Shown: positions 7,725-18,450 of the stretch, piece by piece | Position numbering within the stretch: the first letter of the stretch is position 1 | Layout of the letters: each line of letters begins with the position of its first letter | Source: a virus | Lineage: Duplodnaviria > Heunggongvirae > Uroviricota > Caudoviricetes | DNA length: 64,000 bases | Virus record (IMG/VR): IMGVR_UViG_3300035208_002606 | Direction: 5' to 3' (one strand) | Made by a program: the position numbers and the translations under genes | The notes under the pieces: generated by a model | Told to the model about the DNA's origin: nothing | Databases searched by the model: none | The model's input: the letters and a program-made list of their open reading frames with translations, nothing else

Positions 7725-8753
7725 ATGCCAAGAACAGTAGATACTTCAAAAAAGAACGAAGAGAAACCAAACGGAAAAATCAAGGAAACAATAGCAGACC
7801 TTATCAAGATTCTTGACGCTGAACCCGCTGAAGAGGTACAAACAAAGGCGTGGATTAGTACAGGGGTCAGGTCGCTTAACTTTCTACTTTCAGGAGATAC
7901 GGAGAAAGGAATTCCCGTGGGTAAGATGGTTGTAGTAGCAGGAGAACAGCAGTCGGGTAAGTCGCTCTTAGGCGCACGGATTGCGGCTCACGCACAGAAG
8001 CAGGGATATGTCGTGGTGTGGCTTGATTCTGAACTTGCGGGAAGCAAGCAGTTTCTAGGCCGTCAGGGTTTGGATGTCAACCAAGTTGTCTACAGGAATG
8101 TGGACACGGTTGAGGATTTTCAGTTGCTCACCATCAAAGCCCTGAACAGAGCCAAGGAAAAAGGACTTAAACTTTTTATTGTTCTCGACTCCTTGGGCGC
8201 ACTTTCAGGGGCGAAGGAGATGGACGATGCCGATGCCGAGAAGATGACGATGGATATGGGCCTGAGGGCAAAGAACATTCGCACCGCCTTCAAGCAAATC
8301 ATTCACCGTCTTGGTGTTACGGACAGTTGCTTTTTCTGTATCAACCATCAGTACATCTCCCCAGGATTTATTCCGAAGAAGGAGATGGGCGGCGGCATGG
8401 CGGCATGGTACTTGGGGCAAATCGTCCTGTTCCTTGCCAAGTTGAAGGGAGAGGACGGCGTGTTTTCAAGGGTTAAGATTGTATCAAAAAAGAACAGGGA
8501 ATTTATCGAAGGGCGAATCACCGAGTTCGTTATCAATTTCCGAGAGGGTATCGACCCCAATGACGGCTTGATAGACTTGTTTGACGAGTTCAAGGTGATA
8601 AAAAAAAGCGGAGCGTGGTATAATGTCGAAGGAGATGAAAAATCTTACCGAGAACAGGATATCATGAAGAACGAAGAACTGCTTGCAAAAATCATTGCGC
8701 TGTTGAAGGAGAAAACGAAAGACTACGTCTACTCTAGTTTTAGTGCTACCTAA
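7725..8753 (+). CDS. uvsX: RecA-like recombinase
   Basis: ISTG..LN..LSG, Walker A GEQQSGKS, LDSE, IVLDSLGAL, INHQY, MGGG, KKSGAWY. Confidence 0.92.
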   Translation: MPRTVDTSKKNEEKPNGKIKETIADLIKILDAEPAEEVQTKAWISTGVRSLNFLLSGDTEKGIPVGKMVVVAGEQQSGKSLLGARIAAHAQKQGYVVVWLDSELAGSKQFLGRQGLDVNQVVYRNVDTVEDFQLLTIKALNRAKEKGLKLFIVLDSLGALSGAKEMDDADAEKMTMDMGLRAKNIRTAFKQIIHRLGVTDSCFFCINHQYISPGFIPKKEMGGGMAAWYLGQIVLFLAKLKGEDGVFSRVKIVSKKNREFIEGRITEFVINFREGIDPNDGLIDLFDEFKVIKKSGAWYNVEGDEKSYREQDIMKNEELLAKIIALLKEKTKDYVYSSFSAT

Positions 8754-10138
8754 TGCCTAACACGATAGAAAATTATTCGGAAGTATTTCTGAAGACGGTG
8801 TTGGAGTTCACGGAATTCCGACATCTTTTCATTTCCAATTGGAATCCCGAATATTTTGACACCACCGAAGAACGAATTTTTTACAAGGTCATCAGAACGG
8901 TTTGGATAAACGACCACAAGATTCTGACGAAGAAAGATTTAATCTTGGAGTTCACCACCAAGAGCAAGTACGAAAAGATAAGAATGAAACTCGTTGAAGT
9001 GGTCGAGAGGGTCTACTCTCTCGACCTTTCCGAGTATACTGAATCTTTCGTGCGAGACCAATTCCTAGATATTCTTCGCAAGAAGAAATTACAATCCGCA
9101 GTACAGAGGATTGTGGAGGAAGTCAGCAAGTCGGGAAAGGTGGACGAGTCTGCCATCAAGGGAGACATCATCAAGTCGTTGGATATTGAAGACCACCTTC
9201 AGGACTTGGGAATCAATTATTACGAAGGCGACTTACTCAACCGAATGAAGGTGTTGCAGGAGTTGCAAGTCGCCCACTTCAAGACGGGATTCAACGCCGA
9301 CTTGGACGATGTCCTCAGGTTGAAACGAAAGACGGTAGTGGCGGTTTCGGCGCAGTTGGGCGTTGGCAAGAGTTTGTTCCTTAACAACCTAGCAATCAAT
9401 ATGTCCTTGGAAGGTCATAATATTCTGTACCTTTCGTTGGAAATGGATGCCTTTGATATTTCAAAAAGATTGGACAGGATAGCCTTGGGATTTCACGAGG
9501 ACGAATATTTCAAGTCTAGCGACTTGGTCTTGGAGAAGATGGACGAGGTCATAAAGGAAAATCCCAAGCACGGAAAATTATTTATCCGCAGTTACTCACC
9601 CCGAAGTCTTTCCGCTTTTCAAATCCGAACCCTGTTGGAAACCTACAGGATGAAGAATATCGGCATCGATGTCATTCTTGTGGACTACCTGACCCTGATG
9701 CGGCCTAACAATAATCGCAAAGATGATACTATGTACCAAAGAGGTAAAGATATAACAGAAGAGTTACAATCTGTTGCGAAAGATGAGCGTTGTCTGATTT
9801 TTACGGCCCTTCAGGTCAAGAATGAGGCGTACGGAAAGAAGAAGCAAGGTTCCGAACTAGTTGCAGAGTCTCTCGCAATTCCTCAAATTTTAGATAGCCT
9901 TATTAATATGAGGGAAATAATTATAGATGAAAGTGATAAGTTTTTTATTTTACATTTTGAAAAAGTTCGTGATTCAAAAAAAACAAATAAAATGATTTTT
10001 TTGAAATTGAAAGATAATTTGCGTATGGTTTCTGTAACAGAGGAGGAACGAAAGAATTTAGAAGAATTAACAAATAAAAGAAAAACCGTAGAAAGCAACA
10101 AAACCAATACCCAAACAGTTGATTTAGATGTATTATAA
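8753..10138 (+). CDS. replicative DnaB-like helicase (T4 gp41-like)
   Basis: Walker A AQLGVGKS, YLSLEM, ILVDYL, FTALQ, AES; follows UvsX. Confidence 0.88.
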   Translation: MPNTIENYSEVFLKTVLEFTEFRHLFISNWNPEYFDTTEERIFYKVIRTVWINDHKILTKKDLILEFTTKSKYEKIRMKLVEVVERVYSLDLSEYTESFVRDQFLDILRKKKLQSAVQRIVEEVSKSGKVDESAIKGDIIKSLDIEDHLQDLGINYYEGDLLNRMKVLQELQVAHFKTGFNADLDDVLRLKRKTVVAVSAQLGVGKSLFLNNLAINMSLEGHNILYLSLEMDAFDISKRLDRIALGFHEDEYFKSSDLVLEKMDEVIKENPKHGKLFIRSYSPRSLSAFQIRTLLETYRMKNIGIDVILVDYLTLMRPNNNRKDDTMYQRGKDITEELQSVAKDERCLIFTALQVKNEAYGKKKQGSELVAESLAIPQILDSLINMREIIIDESDKFFILHFEKVRDSKKTNKMIFLKLKDNLRMVSVTEEERKNLEELTNKRKTVESNKTNTQTVDLDVL

Positions 10139-10166
10139 TAAATATTATTAACAGAAGATTTTATTT

Positions 10167-10808
10167 ATGAAAAAAAAATATTTTACCGAAGAGGAAAAAA
10201 AAGAAGCAAGAAAAAAAGAAAGCGCAAGGTCTTATCAAAAAAACAAAGAGAAAATAAAAAACTATCAAAAAATATATCGAGAAAAAAATAAAAATATTTT
10301 AAAAATAAAAAATGAAGAATACCATGAACTGAATAAGGAAAAATTAAAAAAATATAGAAAAGTTTATAATCAAAATCATAAAATAGAAAGAAAAAAGTGG
10401 TGTAATGAAAATAAAGATAAAGTAAAATTATATAATAAAAAAACTTATTATAAAAACAAAGAAAAAAGAACAAAAAAAACAATAGAACGATTACACATAG
10501 ACATTAATTTTAAAATATCTTTTTATTTAAGAAATCGATTACGAGAGGCCTTTAAACATAATTGGAAATCAGGTTCCGCAGTCAAAGACTTAGGTTGTTC
10601 TATCCCCGAACTCAAAACCCATTTAGAATCTAAATTTCAAGAGGGAATGTCTTGGGATAACTATGGATTTTATGGTTGGCACATCGACCATATTATTCCT
10701 TTGGCCTCTTTTGATTTGAGTAATAGAGAAGAATTCTTAAAGGCCTGTCATTATACAAATCTTCAGCCGATGTGGGCTAAAGAAAATTGGACAAAAGGAA
10801 AGAAATGA
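10167..10808 (+). CDS. HNH homing endonuclease
   Basis: Lys-rich N-terminus, LGCS..EL..HLE, WHIDHIIP, HYTNLQP; very AT-rich. Confidence 0.8.
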   Translation: MKKKYFTEEEKKEARKKESARSYQKNKEKIKNYQKIYREKNKNILKIKNEEYHELNKEKLKKYRKVYNQNHKIERKKWCNENKDKVKLYNKKTYYKNKEKRTKKTIERLHIDINFKISFYLRNRLREAFKHNWKSGSAVKDLGCSIPELKTHLESKFQEGMSWDNYGFYGWHIDHIIPLASFDLSNREEFLKACHYTNLQPMWAKENWTKGKK

Positions 10809-11176
10809 AGAGACAGCCGTACGTAACGAACGCAGAAATATTAAACGAGTATCAGAAGTATTGGAAGGACGGAACGATTTCCGAAACGATGACGAAACTC
10901 ATCTACCTGATGGCTAGGAAAATCGCCAACGGCAGGAATTTTTACGGCTATCCCTTCAAAGAGGATATGATTCAGGAAGGAGTTATTCACGCCTTGCAAA
11001 AAGGCTTGCCAGGATTTGACAGGACGAAGAAAAACCCGTTCTGTTATTTATCCGTCATTATTCAGTTCAAATTCATCGAGTATATTAAAAAAGAGAAACG
11101 CAATATAACGATTAAGGAAGTGGTGACGGAAAAGTTAAAGGAAGATATCCTGCACGATATCAATAAGAGGAAGTAA
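10805..11176 (+). CDS. late-transcription sigma factor (T4 gp55-like)
   Basis: YVTNAEI, NFYGYPFKEDMIQEG, FD..KKNPFCY, IKKEK; upstream of gp47 as in T4. Confidence 0.82.
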   Translation: MKRQPYVTNAEILNEYQKYWKDGTISETMTKLIYLMARKIANGRNFYGYPFKEDMIQEGVIHALQKGLPGFDRTKKNPFCYLSVIIQFKFIEYIKKEKRNITIKEVVTEKLKEDILHDINKRK

Positions 11177-11178
11177 AA

Positions 11179-11289
11179 ATGTTTTATGATATGGACGAAG
11201 ATTGGAAAGATAAAGAAATTAAACAATTAAAATGGATTATTCCATTGGGTTTCGTGGTGATTTGTTTTCTTTTTTATTGGTTAGGATAA
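11179..11289 (+). CDS. small membrane peptide (36 aa, not in the ORF track)
   Basis: MFYDMDEDWKDKEIKQLKWIIPLGFVVICFLFYWLG; stop overlaps the next ATG (TAATG). Confidence 0.5.
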   Translation: MFYDMDEDWKDKEIKQLKWIIPLGFVVICFLFYWLG

Positions 11290-11471
11290 TGAATAAAACA
11301 CAATACAAAGAAGGCGACATAATAGACACCCCTAAAGAGATGAATATCAAATCCATCAATGAAGAAAAACAAACTGCCATGTTGGTGTGGATTGATGTTA
11401 AATCAGGAATGCCCTGTCGCTGTGAAGTTCCTTTAAGTGAATTACAAAAGGTGGAGAGGGAACCAAATTGA
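11289..11471 (+). CDS. hypothetical protein
   Basis: coupled start; short beta-rich domain. Confidence 0.45.
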   Translation: MNKTQYKEGDIIDTPKEMNIKSINEEKQTAMLVWIDVKSGMPCRCEVPLSELQKVEREPN

Positions 11472-11893
11472 AATACAATTCTTTAGAACTTCATTGGCTT
11501 CAAAAAAAATCCAAAGATTTATTCTATCCAAACTTATTGTTTGTGTCGGAATTAAAAAGTGCGGGTGGGTATTTTCTCCATCCTAGAAAATCAGAAGTTT
11601 GGATTGGTAATCGGGTTTATGATTTAACCAAGGGGATGATTATTGTCACCGAAATATGGGACGATAAAGAAATTCCCAATACGATTGCCCACGAATGGAG
11701 ACACTTTTTACAATATCATAAATTTGGACCGATTAAAGGCACACAATTTAACAATAAAATACCTTATCCAAGTGCAATCAAATCCTTTTTTCAAAATCCT
11801 TTTGAGAGGGACGCATTGTTGTATTCTCATAAAGTAGCACCAAGTTCAACATCAGATTATTGGATGGAAATAATAAATGAAAATGATAAATAG
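11468..11893 (+). CDS. putative zincin-like metallopeptidase
   Basis: IAHEWRH (HExxH) with a downstream PFERDA. Confidence 0.6.
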   Translation: MKYNSLELHWLQKKSKDLFYPNLLFVSELKSAGGYFLHPRKSEVWIGNRVYDLTKGMIIVTEIWDDKEIPNTIAHEWRHFLQYHKFGPIKGTQFNNKIPYPSAIKSFFQNPFERDALLYSHKVAPSSTSDYWMEIINENDK

Positions 11894-11981
11894 TAGTGAG
11901 GGACAGGGTTCGCTACCTTTTCAAAACACTCCTGATGTTTTGAATGACCTCACTAATATTTTGGTTTTCAGGAGGAACTAA
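11887..11981 (+). promoter_or_regulatory. late promoter plus structured leader RNA, copy 2
   Basis: TAAATA; P1 tagtgagg/cctcacta; loop ctcctga (11929-11935) complementary to tcaggag (11968-11974). Confidence 0.85.
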
Positions 11982-12686
11982 ATGGAAAAAAATGGATTGA
12001 TTTATGTCGGGATAAATTTAGAAAATGGAAAAAAATATGTAGGGTGTACTCGACATACTTTAGAAACAAGATTAAAATATCATTTTTATGATTTAAAAAG
12101 AGGCAAAAGATATGCGTTTAATCAAGCGCTTGATAAATATGGATTATCTAAATTTATTTTTATAACTATTCCTATTTCTTTTGAAAAAATGCATCATTAT
12201 GAAGCATTGGCAATTAGATTTTTAAAAACCAAATCACATCAAAACGGTTATAATATTTGTGATGGTGGCAGGGGAATAAAGGACTATACGGGAGAGATTA
12301 GAAAAAAAATAAGTAAAAATCATGCCGATGTAAGTGGCGAAAAAAATCCCATGTTTGGTAAAAAACGGACACAAAAAGAAAAAGATAATTTATCAAAAAT
12401 GAGAACAGGAAAAATAGGTTATATTAGAACAGAGGAGACAAATCAAAAACTCTCAATATCAATGAAAAAATATTGGGCAAGTGGTTTACACACCGATAGA
12501 AAAAGAGAGAATCACCCAAGAGCAAGAGCAGTAATATTAAAATCCCCAAATGGAACAGAGTATAATCTCCCTTGTTATCATCCTTTTTGTAAAGAATACA
12601 ATTTAAACCCCACCCGTATTCGCTCTGTTTTACAAGGAAAACAACAAAGTCATCACGGTTGGTCGGGGAGATATATAGAAAAATGA
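11982..12686 (+). CDS. GIY-YIG homing endonuclease
   Basis: GLIYVGINLENGKKYVG, NGYNICDGG, NPMFGK. Confidence 0.85.
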   Translation: MEKNGLIYVGINLENGKKYVGCTRHTLETRLKYHFYDLKRGKRYAFNQALDKYGLSKFIFITIPISFEKMHHYEALAIRFLKTKSHQNGYNICDGGRGIKDYTGEIRKKISKNHADVSGEKNPMFGKKRTQKEKDNLSKMRTGKIGYIRTEETNQKLSISMKKYWASGLHTDRKRENHPRARAVILKSPNGTEYNLPCYHPFCKEYNLNPTRIRSVLQGKQQSHHGWSGRYIEK

Positions 12687-13708
12687 AAATTTTATGTTTT
12701 ACTGATTTACATATAGGTAAAAACGCAAGTAATTCTTATTTTTTAGAATTAGACAAAAAAGCAATCAATGCTATTTGTGAAGAAATAAAAAAAGAAAATA
12801 TTGAAAAGGTTATTTTTTTGGGTGATTTTTTTCATAATCGTAGTGAATCATCTCCAAAAGCATTAGTAGTGGCTAGAAAAATATTAGACCAATTAAATTC
12901 TTTAAATATTCCGATAATAATGATATTAGGAAATCATTGTACGTTTTATAACAACCGAAAAGATTACAACTATTACAGGATTTTTGATGGGTTATTCGAA
13001 AATATTACTTTTGTGGAATCATTTTTAGAAGACGGAGAATTTCTTTATGTCGGTTGGATGCAAACCCCTGAAGAAGAAAAACGGTACGAGGAACTTTCCA
13101 AAAATTACAAATGGATTTTCGGACACTTTGAGTTCAGGGGTGCGGAGATGTCGGAGTATTACAAGACAACTAGCGGCCTAGAGAACAACAATACCACTTC
13201 GTATATCTTCTCAGGCCACATCCACCAACGCTCCCGCCAGGGGCGGCTTCATTATATCGGCTCCCCTTATCCGCAGACTTGGTCGGGCAGGAACAGAAAG
13301 GATTACGGCTTCGTTATTGTGGACACGGAGACGGAAGAGATAAAATTCACGGACTTGGAGTTGTACCACTTTAACGAGTACAAACTTCAAAAACTCCTGA
13401 TGCAAATCAAGATGGACAAGGAAGCAGTCAAGAAGGAAATGATACACTCCGAAACCAAAGTCATAGTCGATATCCCCTTGAGCGAGAAAGACCTTGCGGA
13501 TGTCAAGATTTTCCTGAACACTTTTCAACCTAAGAATCTCTTGGTGGAGAAGGAAGACCAAACGATAGTTTCCGAGAATATTAGTTACGACAAGTTGCAA
13601 CTTTCAGACCCCACATCCTTCATCACGGATTATATCACGGGGATGAAAATTGATGCCTTGCAGAAAAACAGGATACTTGACAAGGTGCAAAAAATCCTGA
13701 ACCAATAA
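12683..13708 (+). CDS. recombination nuclease, Mre11/SbcD-like (T4 gp47-like)
   Basis: DLH, LGDFFH, GNH, GHFE, FSGHIH, YIGSP metallophosphoesterase motifs. Confidence 0.9.
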   Translation: MKILCFTDLHIGKNASNSYFLELDKKAINAICEEIKKENIEKVIFLGDFFHNRSESSPKALVVARKILDQLNSLNIPIIMILGNHCTFYNNRKDYNYYRIFDGLFENITFVESFLEDGEFLYVGWMQTPEEEKRYEELSKNYKWIFGHFEFRGAEMSEYYKTTSGLENNNTTSYIFSGHIHQRSRQGRLHYIGSPYPQTWSGRNRKDYGFVIVDTETEEIKFTDLELYHFNEYKLQKLLMQIKMDKEAVKKEMIHSETKVIVDIPLSEKDLADVKIFLNTFQPKNLLVEKEDQTIVSENISYDKLQLSDPTSFITDYITGMKIDALQKNRILDKVQKILNQ

Positions 13709-14754
13709 TGGCAAACGATATTTTAAATTTCCTGAAGCATTTGGTGATTTCAAGGCACGGGTCTTTGGAGAAGGCCCGTTGGTCTGTCACGGGCGCAGGG
13801 GAAGTAAATTGCCGCTGTCCTTACTGTCTCGACAGCAAGAGGAACCCGCACAAGAAACGATTTTACTACAGCCTGAAAGATGGAGTTTTTTACTGTCATA
13901 ACTGCCAAAGAAAGGGGCCGCTTGCCAAACTTCTTAACGACTTCAAAAATGTTCCTACCGTTGACTACGACAGCCTCTTAAAGAACGCCAACCTACAAAA
14001 AGTTAAGGATTTTATAGACGGCGAACAGCGCATTCAGGAGCAGAAGGTTCAGGAGGCTGAATGGAGTTTGGAGTATCCTGACGGCGCAAGGTTGGATTCG
14101 CTCTTTGCGGACAAGGTCTACAAGAAACTTCCAAGTGAGGACAAAGCCGCCCTGCTCAAGGCTTGCAAGTATCTTCAGAGCAGGGGAGTGAAGAAGGAGT
14201 GGTACAGGTATTTTTATTTTGTTTTCCCTGAAGAAGAAAATGACCAATATATCCTGACCCTGTTCGAGTACAACGGCAGTTGGGTTTGGAGTGGGAGAAA
14301 GATTGACGACAACAGGCCTGGACCCAAATACTTGCATCTCAAGGGATTCCCTTTTCATCTCGCCTTGGGATTTGCCAACGAAGTCAGCACCACTAAGGGG
14401 GATAAGTTGTATGTGGTGGAATCATTTTGGAGTGCTTTATTATTAAATCAATCGAATTTAAATTCCGTTTGTGTTTTTGGATTAATGAATATGAAAGCAG
14501 ACCATTCTCCATTAGATATATTTCGGAAAAAATACGAATTAATATGGGTTCCCGATAATGATGACACGCTTCAGCAGTTTTACGAAATGAACAGGGGTGC
14601 GGCTAGGAAAATGAAAATTGTTTTGGTCCCCGAAAAGGATGTGGCAGACAGCGCAGTCAAACAGGGAGACAATTTCCGCAAGTGGTTCCTGTCCCGCAAG
14701 AAAATTTCCCTTTATGATTTTAAGACATTGAATTTATTAAAAACGATTTTTTAA
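13708..14754 (+). CDS. DNA primase (T4 gp61-like)
   Basis: NCRCPYCLDS...CHNC zinc ribbon; PKYL; TOPRIM YVVES and PDND. Confidence 0.85.
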   Translation: MANDILNFLKHLVISRHGSLEKARWSVTGAGEVNCRCPYCLDSKRNPHKKRFYYSLKDGVFYCHNCQRKGPLAKLLNDFKNVPTVDYDSLLKNANLQKVKDFIDGEQRIQEQKVQEAEWSLEYPDGARLDSLFADKVYKKLPSEDKAALLKACKYLQSRGVKKEWYRYFYFVFPEEENDQYILTLFEYNGSWVWSGRKIDDNRPGPKYLHLKGFPFHLALGFANEVSTTKGDKLYVVESFWSALLLNQSNLNSVCVFGLMNMKADHSPLDIFRKKYELIWVPDNDDTLQQFYEMNRGAARKMKIVLVPEKDVADSAVKQGDNFRKWFLSRKKISLYDFKTLNLLKTIF

Positions 14755-14820
14755 AAAGTTAGATTTTTAACGATTTTCATAAATAGATGTGAACATGAAA
14801 ACGAAAGGAGTGTACACATT

Positions 14821-15345
14821 ATGGAAATCAAAATCATTCACCAAGAAGAACTCGTAAAGAACCCCGCTAAGTGGTTACTCAAAAATATGGAACTTTGTGA
14901 AGAAGAACAAAAAATGTATGTGAGATATCCGATTGACAAGGCCAAGGAACTCCGCATCTTTTTCAAGAATACCTTGCTGGAGCCTGAGAAGAGAGAACAC
15001 ATCAAAAAGGTTTGGAAATCAGGAGAGGGTATTGAGGAACTCTTGGAATCCCTTTGGATTGTTAAGAGTACTTCTTCAGGCGTTCTTTTATTTGTCCCGT
15101 ACGAAACAGAGGCTAGCGACAAGTCAGGAGTGTTCGTTCTGACAATTTCCAAGTCATACTTTTATCCCTCACCACTATATTTTAAACGAAGCCATATTAC
15201 GGGCCAGGCCATCTCCTTATTTTATTCAACCCCGAAGAGTATTATTTTTCTGTTAGGAGAGGATACCGTCAACCTTGTGTACAATAATGCCAATTCCATC
15301 TCCCTCAAGAAGTATATCGATATTGACACGATAGAGAAGAAATAA
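14821..15345 (+). CDS. hypothetical protein
   Basis: AAGGAG RBS; upstream TAAATA. Confidence 0.55.
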   Translation: MEIKIIHQEELVKNPAKWLLKNMELCEEEQKMYVRYPIDKAKELRIFFKNTLLEPEKREHIKKVWKSGEGIEELLESLWIVKSTSSGVLLFVPYETEASDKSGVFVLTISKSYFYPSPLYFKRSHITGQAISLFYSTPKSIIFLLGEDTVNLVYNNANSISLKKYIDIDTIEKK

Positions 15346-15397
15346 TCTCCCTTGTCTGCCAATTCAATAAATAGTATTGACTGAACAGGAGGAAATT

Positions 15398-16081
15398 ATG
15401 GCTTATCCATTCATCGATGTCATTGGTGGCGGTTTAACAGTTGAAGATTGGTTTAAAAATCAATGCATGTATATAGGCACACAAAAATCTGCTTTGAGAT
15501 TGTTATCAATTGTACGAAATCAATTACATAAATATGAACATTCAAAAACAATGACTCCTGAAACTTTAAAAAAAATGAAAAAATTGGAGTCTAAATTAAT
15601 ATCAAAAGGAAAATCCTCGCTCAGTCAAGATTTTATAGAGAATTTAGACTTGGATGATTATCAGGTCGCCGTCCCGAAAAAGAGACCATCAAGGGCCGAC
15701 CTTCTAAAGATGAGACATGCTGATGAATCGTACACTCCCAACATCGACAAACTCGTGGATGAGAACAATCGGCGTTATACGATGGACGAGTTCAACGATA
15801 TTTACGAGGATATGCAAATGAAGGAAGGCTTCGGGCAAAATCCTACCAATCCTGCCGCACAGAAGCGTCTAGCCGCAACTCAACAGACAGCGACCAAAGA
15901 CCCTCAGGCCAAGAGGCTTATCGGGACAATTCAAAGAGATAAGGAAGCCCTGATAAAGCAAATCCAGAACTTGAGAAAAACAAAAGACCCTAATACACAA
16001 AGAATGTATGCCGACAATAACCTGAGAAAGATTTCGGACATTGGAGAATTAACCAATATTTTAGCCTCTTTGGGTCAATAA
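15398..16081 (+). CDS. hypothetical late protein
   Basis: TAAATA, then AGGAGG RBS before ATG 15398. Confidence 0.55.
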   Translation: MAYPFIDVIGGGLTVEDWFKNQCMYIGTQKSALRLLSIVRNQLHKYEHSKTMTPETLKKMKKLESKLISKGKSSLSQDFIENLDLDDYQVAVPKKRPSRADLLKMRHADESYTPNIDKLVDENNRRYTMDEFNDIYEDMQMKEGFGQNPTNPAAQKRLAATQQTATKDPQAKRLIGTIQRDKEALIKQIQNLRKTKDPNTQRMYADNNLRKISDIGELTNILASLGQ

Positions 16082-16128
16082 TTTACTACAGTTTGTGGTA
16101 TAATTAAGGTAGGAGTTTAATTCCAAGA

Positions 16129-16680
16129 ATGACTAAAATTTGCCCATGTTGTAAAAAAGAAAAAGATTTAGAATTAGGGTTTTCTAAGTGCCGCAGATGT
16201 AAAAGTGGCTACGCATCTTATTGTAAAAAATGTGTAAGAGAACTCCAATATAAATGGGAAAAAGAAAATAAACAACACCGAATAGAATATCAAAAAAAAT
16301 GGAGACAAGGAGATAAATTTAAAGAATGGAGCAGTCGATGGAACCAAACACCTCGACGTAAAAAACACAATAAAAAACGCTACAAAAAATATTATCAAAC
16401 CCCGAAAGGACACGCAGTTATTAATTTAATTAAAGCAAAACGAAGAGAGAAAAAACGGCAACTAATAAATGACTTAACAGCAAATCAAGTTTTAGAACTT
16501 CTTCAAGAACAAAATAACAAGTGTAAAATTTGTCAAAAGAATTTTTCTGAAAATTTACCCTATACCCTTGACCATATTTTTCCCGTTTCATTATCTAAAC
16601 CCGGAGACCCTGGTTTAACAAAAAGTAATGTACAATTACTTTGTGCAATTTGTAACAGAAGGAAATCAAATAAAATATGA
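16129..16680 (+). CDS. HNH homing endonuclease
   Basis: N-terminal CxxC pairs; CKIC...DHIFP...NVQLLCAICNRRKSNK. Confidence 0.85.
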   Translation: MTKICPCCKKEKDLELGFSKCRRCKSGYASYCKKCVRELQYKWEKENKQHRIEYQKKWRQGDKFKEWSSRWNQTPRRKKHNKKRYKKYYQTPKGHAVINLIKAKRREKKRQLINDLTANQVLELLQEQNNKCKICQKNFSENLPYTLDHIFPVSLSKPGDPGLTKSNVQLLCAICNRRKSNKI

Positions 16681-18446
16681 ATGAATTAGTATTTAAAGAT
16701 GTAGAAATGAGAAATTTTTTAAGCGTGGGGAATAAACCTTTAGCAATAACTTTTGATAGAGGTCTTAATTTTTGCTGCGGTTGGAATCATCACACCGCCT
16801 CCTCAAACGGTGTGGGTAAGACGGTAATATTCTACTCGTCCATTCTCTACGGACTTTTTGGAGAAACGGGTCGGGATATTAAGCAAGCCAACCTCATTAA
16901 CTACCGCAACAGGCAGAAGATGTACGTGCGCTTGACGATAGAGAAGAACGGGGAGGAAATCGTCATCTACAGAGGCCGCAAACCCAATGTTTTCTACTAC
17001 ATCCATAACGGTACGACTTATCAGAACGACAATGTCTACGAAACTCAGACCCAACTTAACAAACTTCTCGATATTTCCGAGGATATCTTCACAAATGTCT
17101 TTATTATCAACGCTTCGGATATACTAGATTTTATCAAGGAAGAAGGAAGTGTTAAACTCCGAGACCGCTTCGAAAAACTATTCTTCAAGGATGTGATATT
17201 CAAAAAAGTCCTTGAAACCGTCCGCAAGGAATACAACATCGTTCAGAAACAGCAGGAACTCAACCAATCCAAGATTCAGGAAAAGATAACATTCCTCAAG
17301 AGGCTCAAGGCCATTATCACTTCTTCCAAAAAGACCGACAACTACGAAAAACAGTTAGAAAAGTATAACCAACGAAGCAAGGAACTCCAAGAAAAACTGA
17401 TGCTTGTCGAAAATAAAATTTCCCAACGCCAAGACATCGAAAAATCCAAAAAATTAAAGGAAAAACGGAAGGAGTACTTGGAGAAGCATCACGAAATCAC
17501 TTCCAAAATCTATTACTACGAAGAAAAGATAAAAGAGACAGACGAAAAGATGAAAACCGTCTTCTCCGCAGAGTCCACTTGCCCCCTTTGCCGTCAAAAT
17601 ATCAACGAACACACAAGAGAGAAGTTAGACAAGGAATATCATCAGGAATATTCCGAACTGCAAAGGTTAAAAAAAGAATTCGAGGCCAATTCCACCCTCT
17701 GTCGAAGAAAATTGGACAAAATCAACGAGTTGGACGGACAAATTCAGGACACAATCTACAAGTACGACCAAGAAAAGACCAACACCAAGACCGCACTCAA
17801 CGAAATCGCCCAACAAATCAAGTTTTTTCAGGAAAATTACAAGACCCACTTGGGAATGGTGCAGGAGTTCAATGCCGTTCGTTCAGATTTACTTAAAATC
17901 CGCAACGAGAACGGCTCTCTCGATACCGAAAGAGAAGACTTAACCCTTTTGGCGCAACTCTTCGACAACTCTTCAGGCGGGATTCTCAATTTCTTCATCG
18001 AGAAGGTGCTGAAAGTTCTGAACTTAATCATTCTCAAGTACATCAGGCAGATGAATATGGACTTCACCTTCCACTTTGACTCCAACCTGAGGTTGAAATT
18101 CGATGTTCTCGACACCCTCTCCCTCAATAACTTTAGCGGTGGGGAGAAAAAAATAATCAACTTCATCGTGCTGTTCAGCCTGTTGGAATTTTTCTACCAA
18201 ACTTTGAATTTCAAGCCGTCCATCCTGATAATTGACGAGATTGCAGACACCGCAATATCTAGTTCCAAGGTTGACCTCATCTTTGGGATTCTTGCCAAGT
18301 TCAACAAGGATAGCAATGTCGGCGTGTACTGCCTTTCACACGATTACGGAGTTCAGCACAATTCCGTCATTCAGTTTGACAGGGTAATAGAATTAGAAAA
18401 GAAAAACGGTTTTACAGGAATAAAAGAAATCAAGAACAATAAATAA
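16677..18446 (+). CDS. recombination ATPase, Rad50/SbcC-like (T4 gp46-like)
   Basis: NFLSVGN, Walker A NGVGKT, coiled coil with CPLC zinc hook, FSGGEK signature, IIDE, SH. Confidence 0.92.
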   Translation: MNELVFKDVEMRNFLSVGNKPLAITFDRGLNFCCGWNHHTASSNGVGKTVIFYSSILYGLFGETGRDIKQANLINYRNRQKMYVRLTIEKNGEEIVIYRGRKPNVFYYIHNGTTYQNDNVYETQTQLNKLLDISEDIFTNVFIINASDILDFIKEEGSVKLRDRFEKLFFKDVIFKKVLETVRKEYNIVQKQQELNQSKIQEKITFLKRLKAIITSSKKTDNYEKQLEKYNQRSKELQEKLMLVENKISQRQDIEKSKKLKEKRKEYLEKHHEITSKIYYYEEKIKETDEKMKTVFSAESTCPLCRQNINEHTREKLDKEYHQEYSELQRLKKEFEANSTLCRRKLDKINELDGQIQDTIYKYDQEKTNTKTALNEIAQQIKFFQENYKTHLGMVQEFNAVRSDLLKIRNENGSLDTEREDLTLLAQLFDNSSGGILNFFIEKVLKVLNLIILKYIRQMNMDFTFHFDSNLRLKFDVLDTLSLNNFSGGEKKIINFIVLFSLLEFFYQTLNFKPSILIIDEIADTAISSSKVDLIFGILAKFNKDSNVGVYCLSHDYGVQHNSVIQFDRVIELEKKNGFTGIKEIKNNK

Positions 18447-18450
18447 CAGT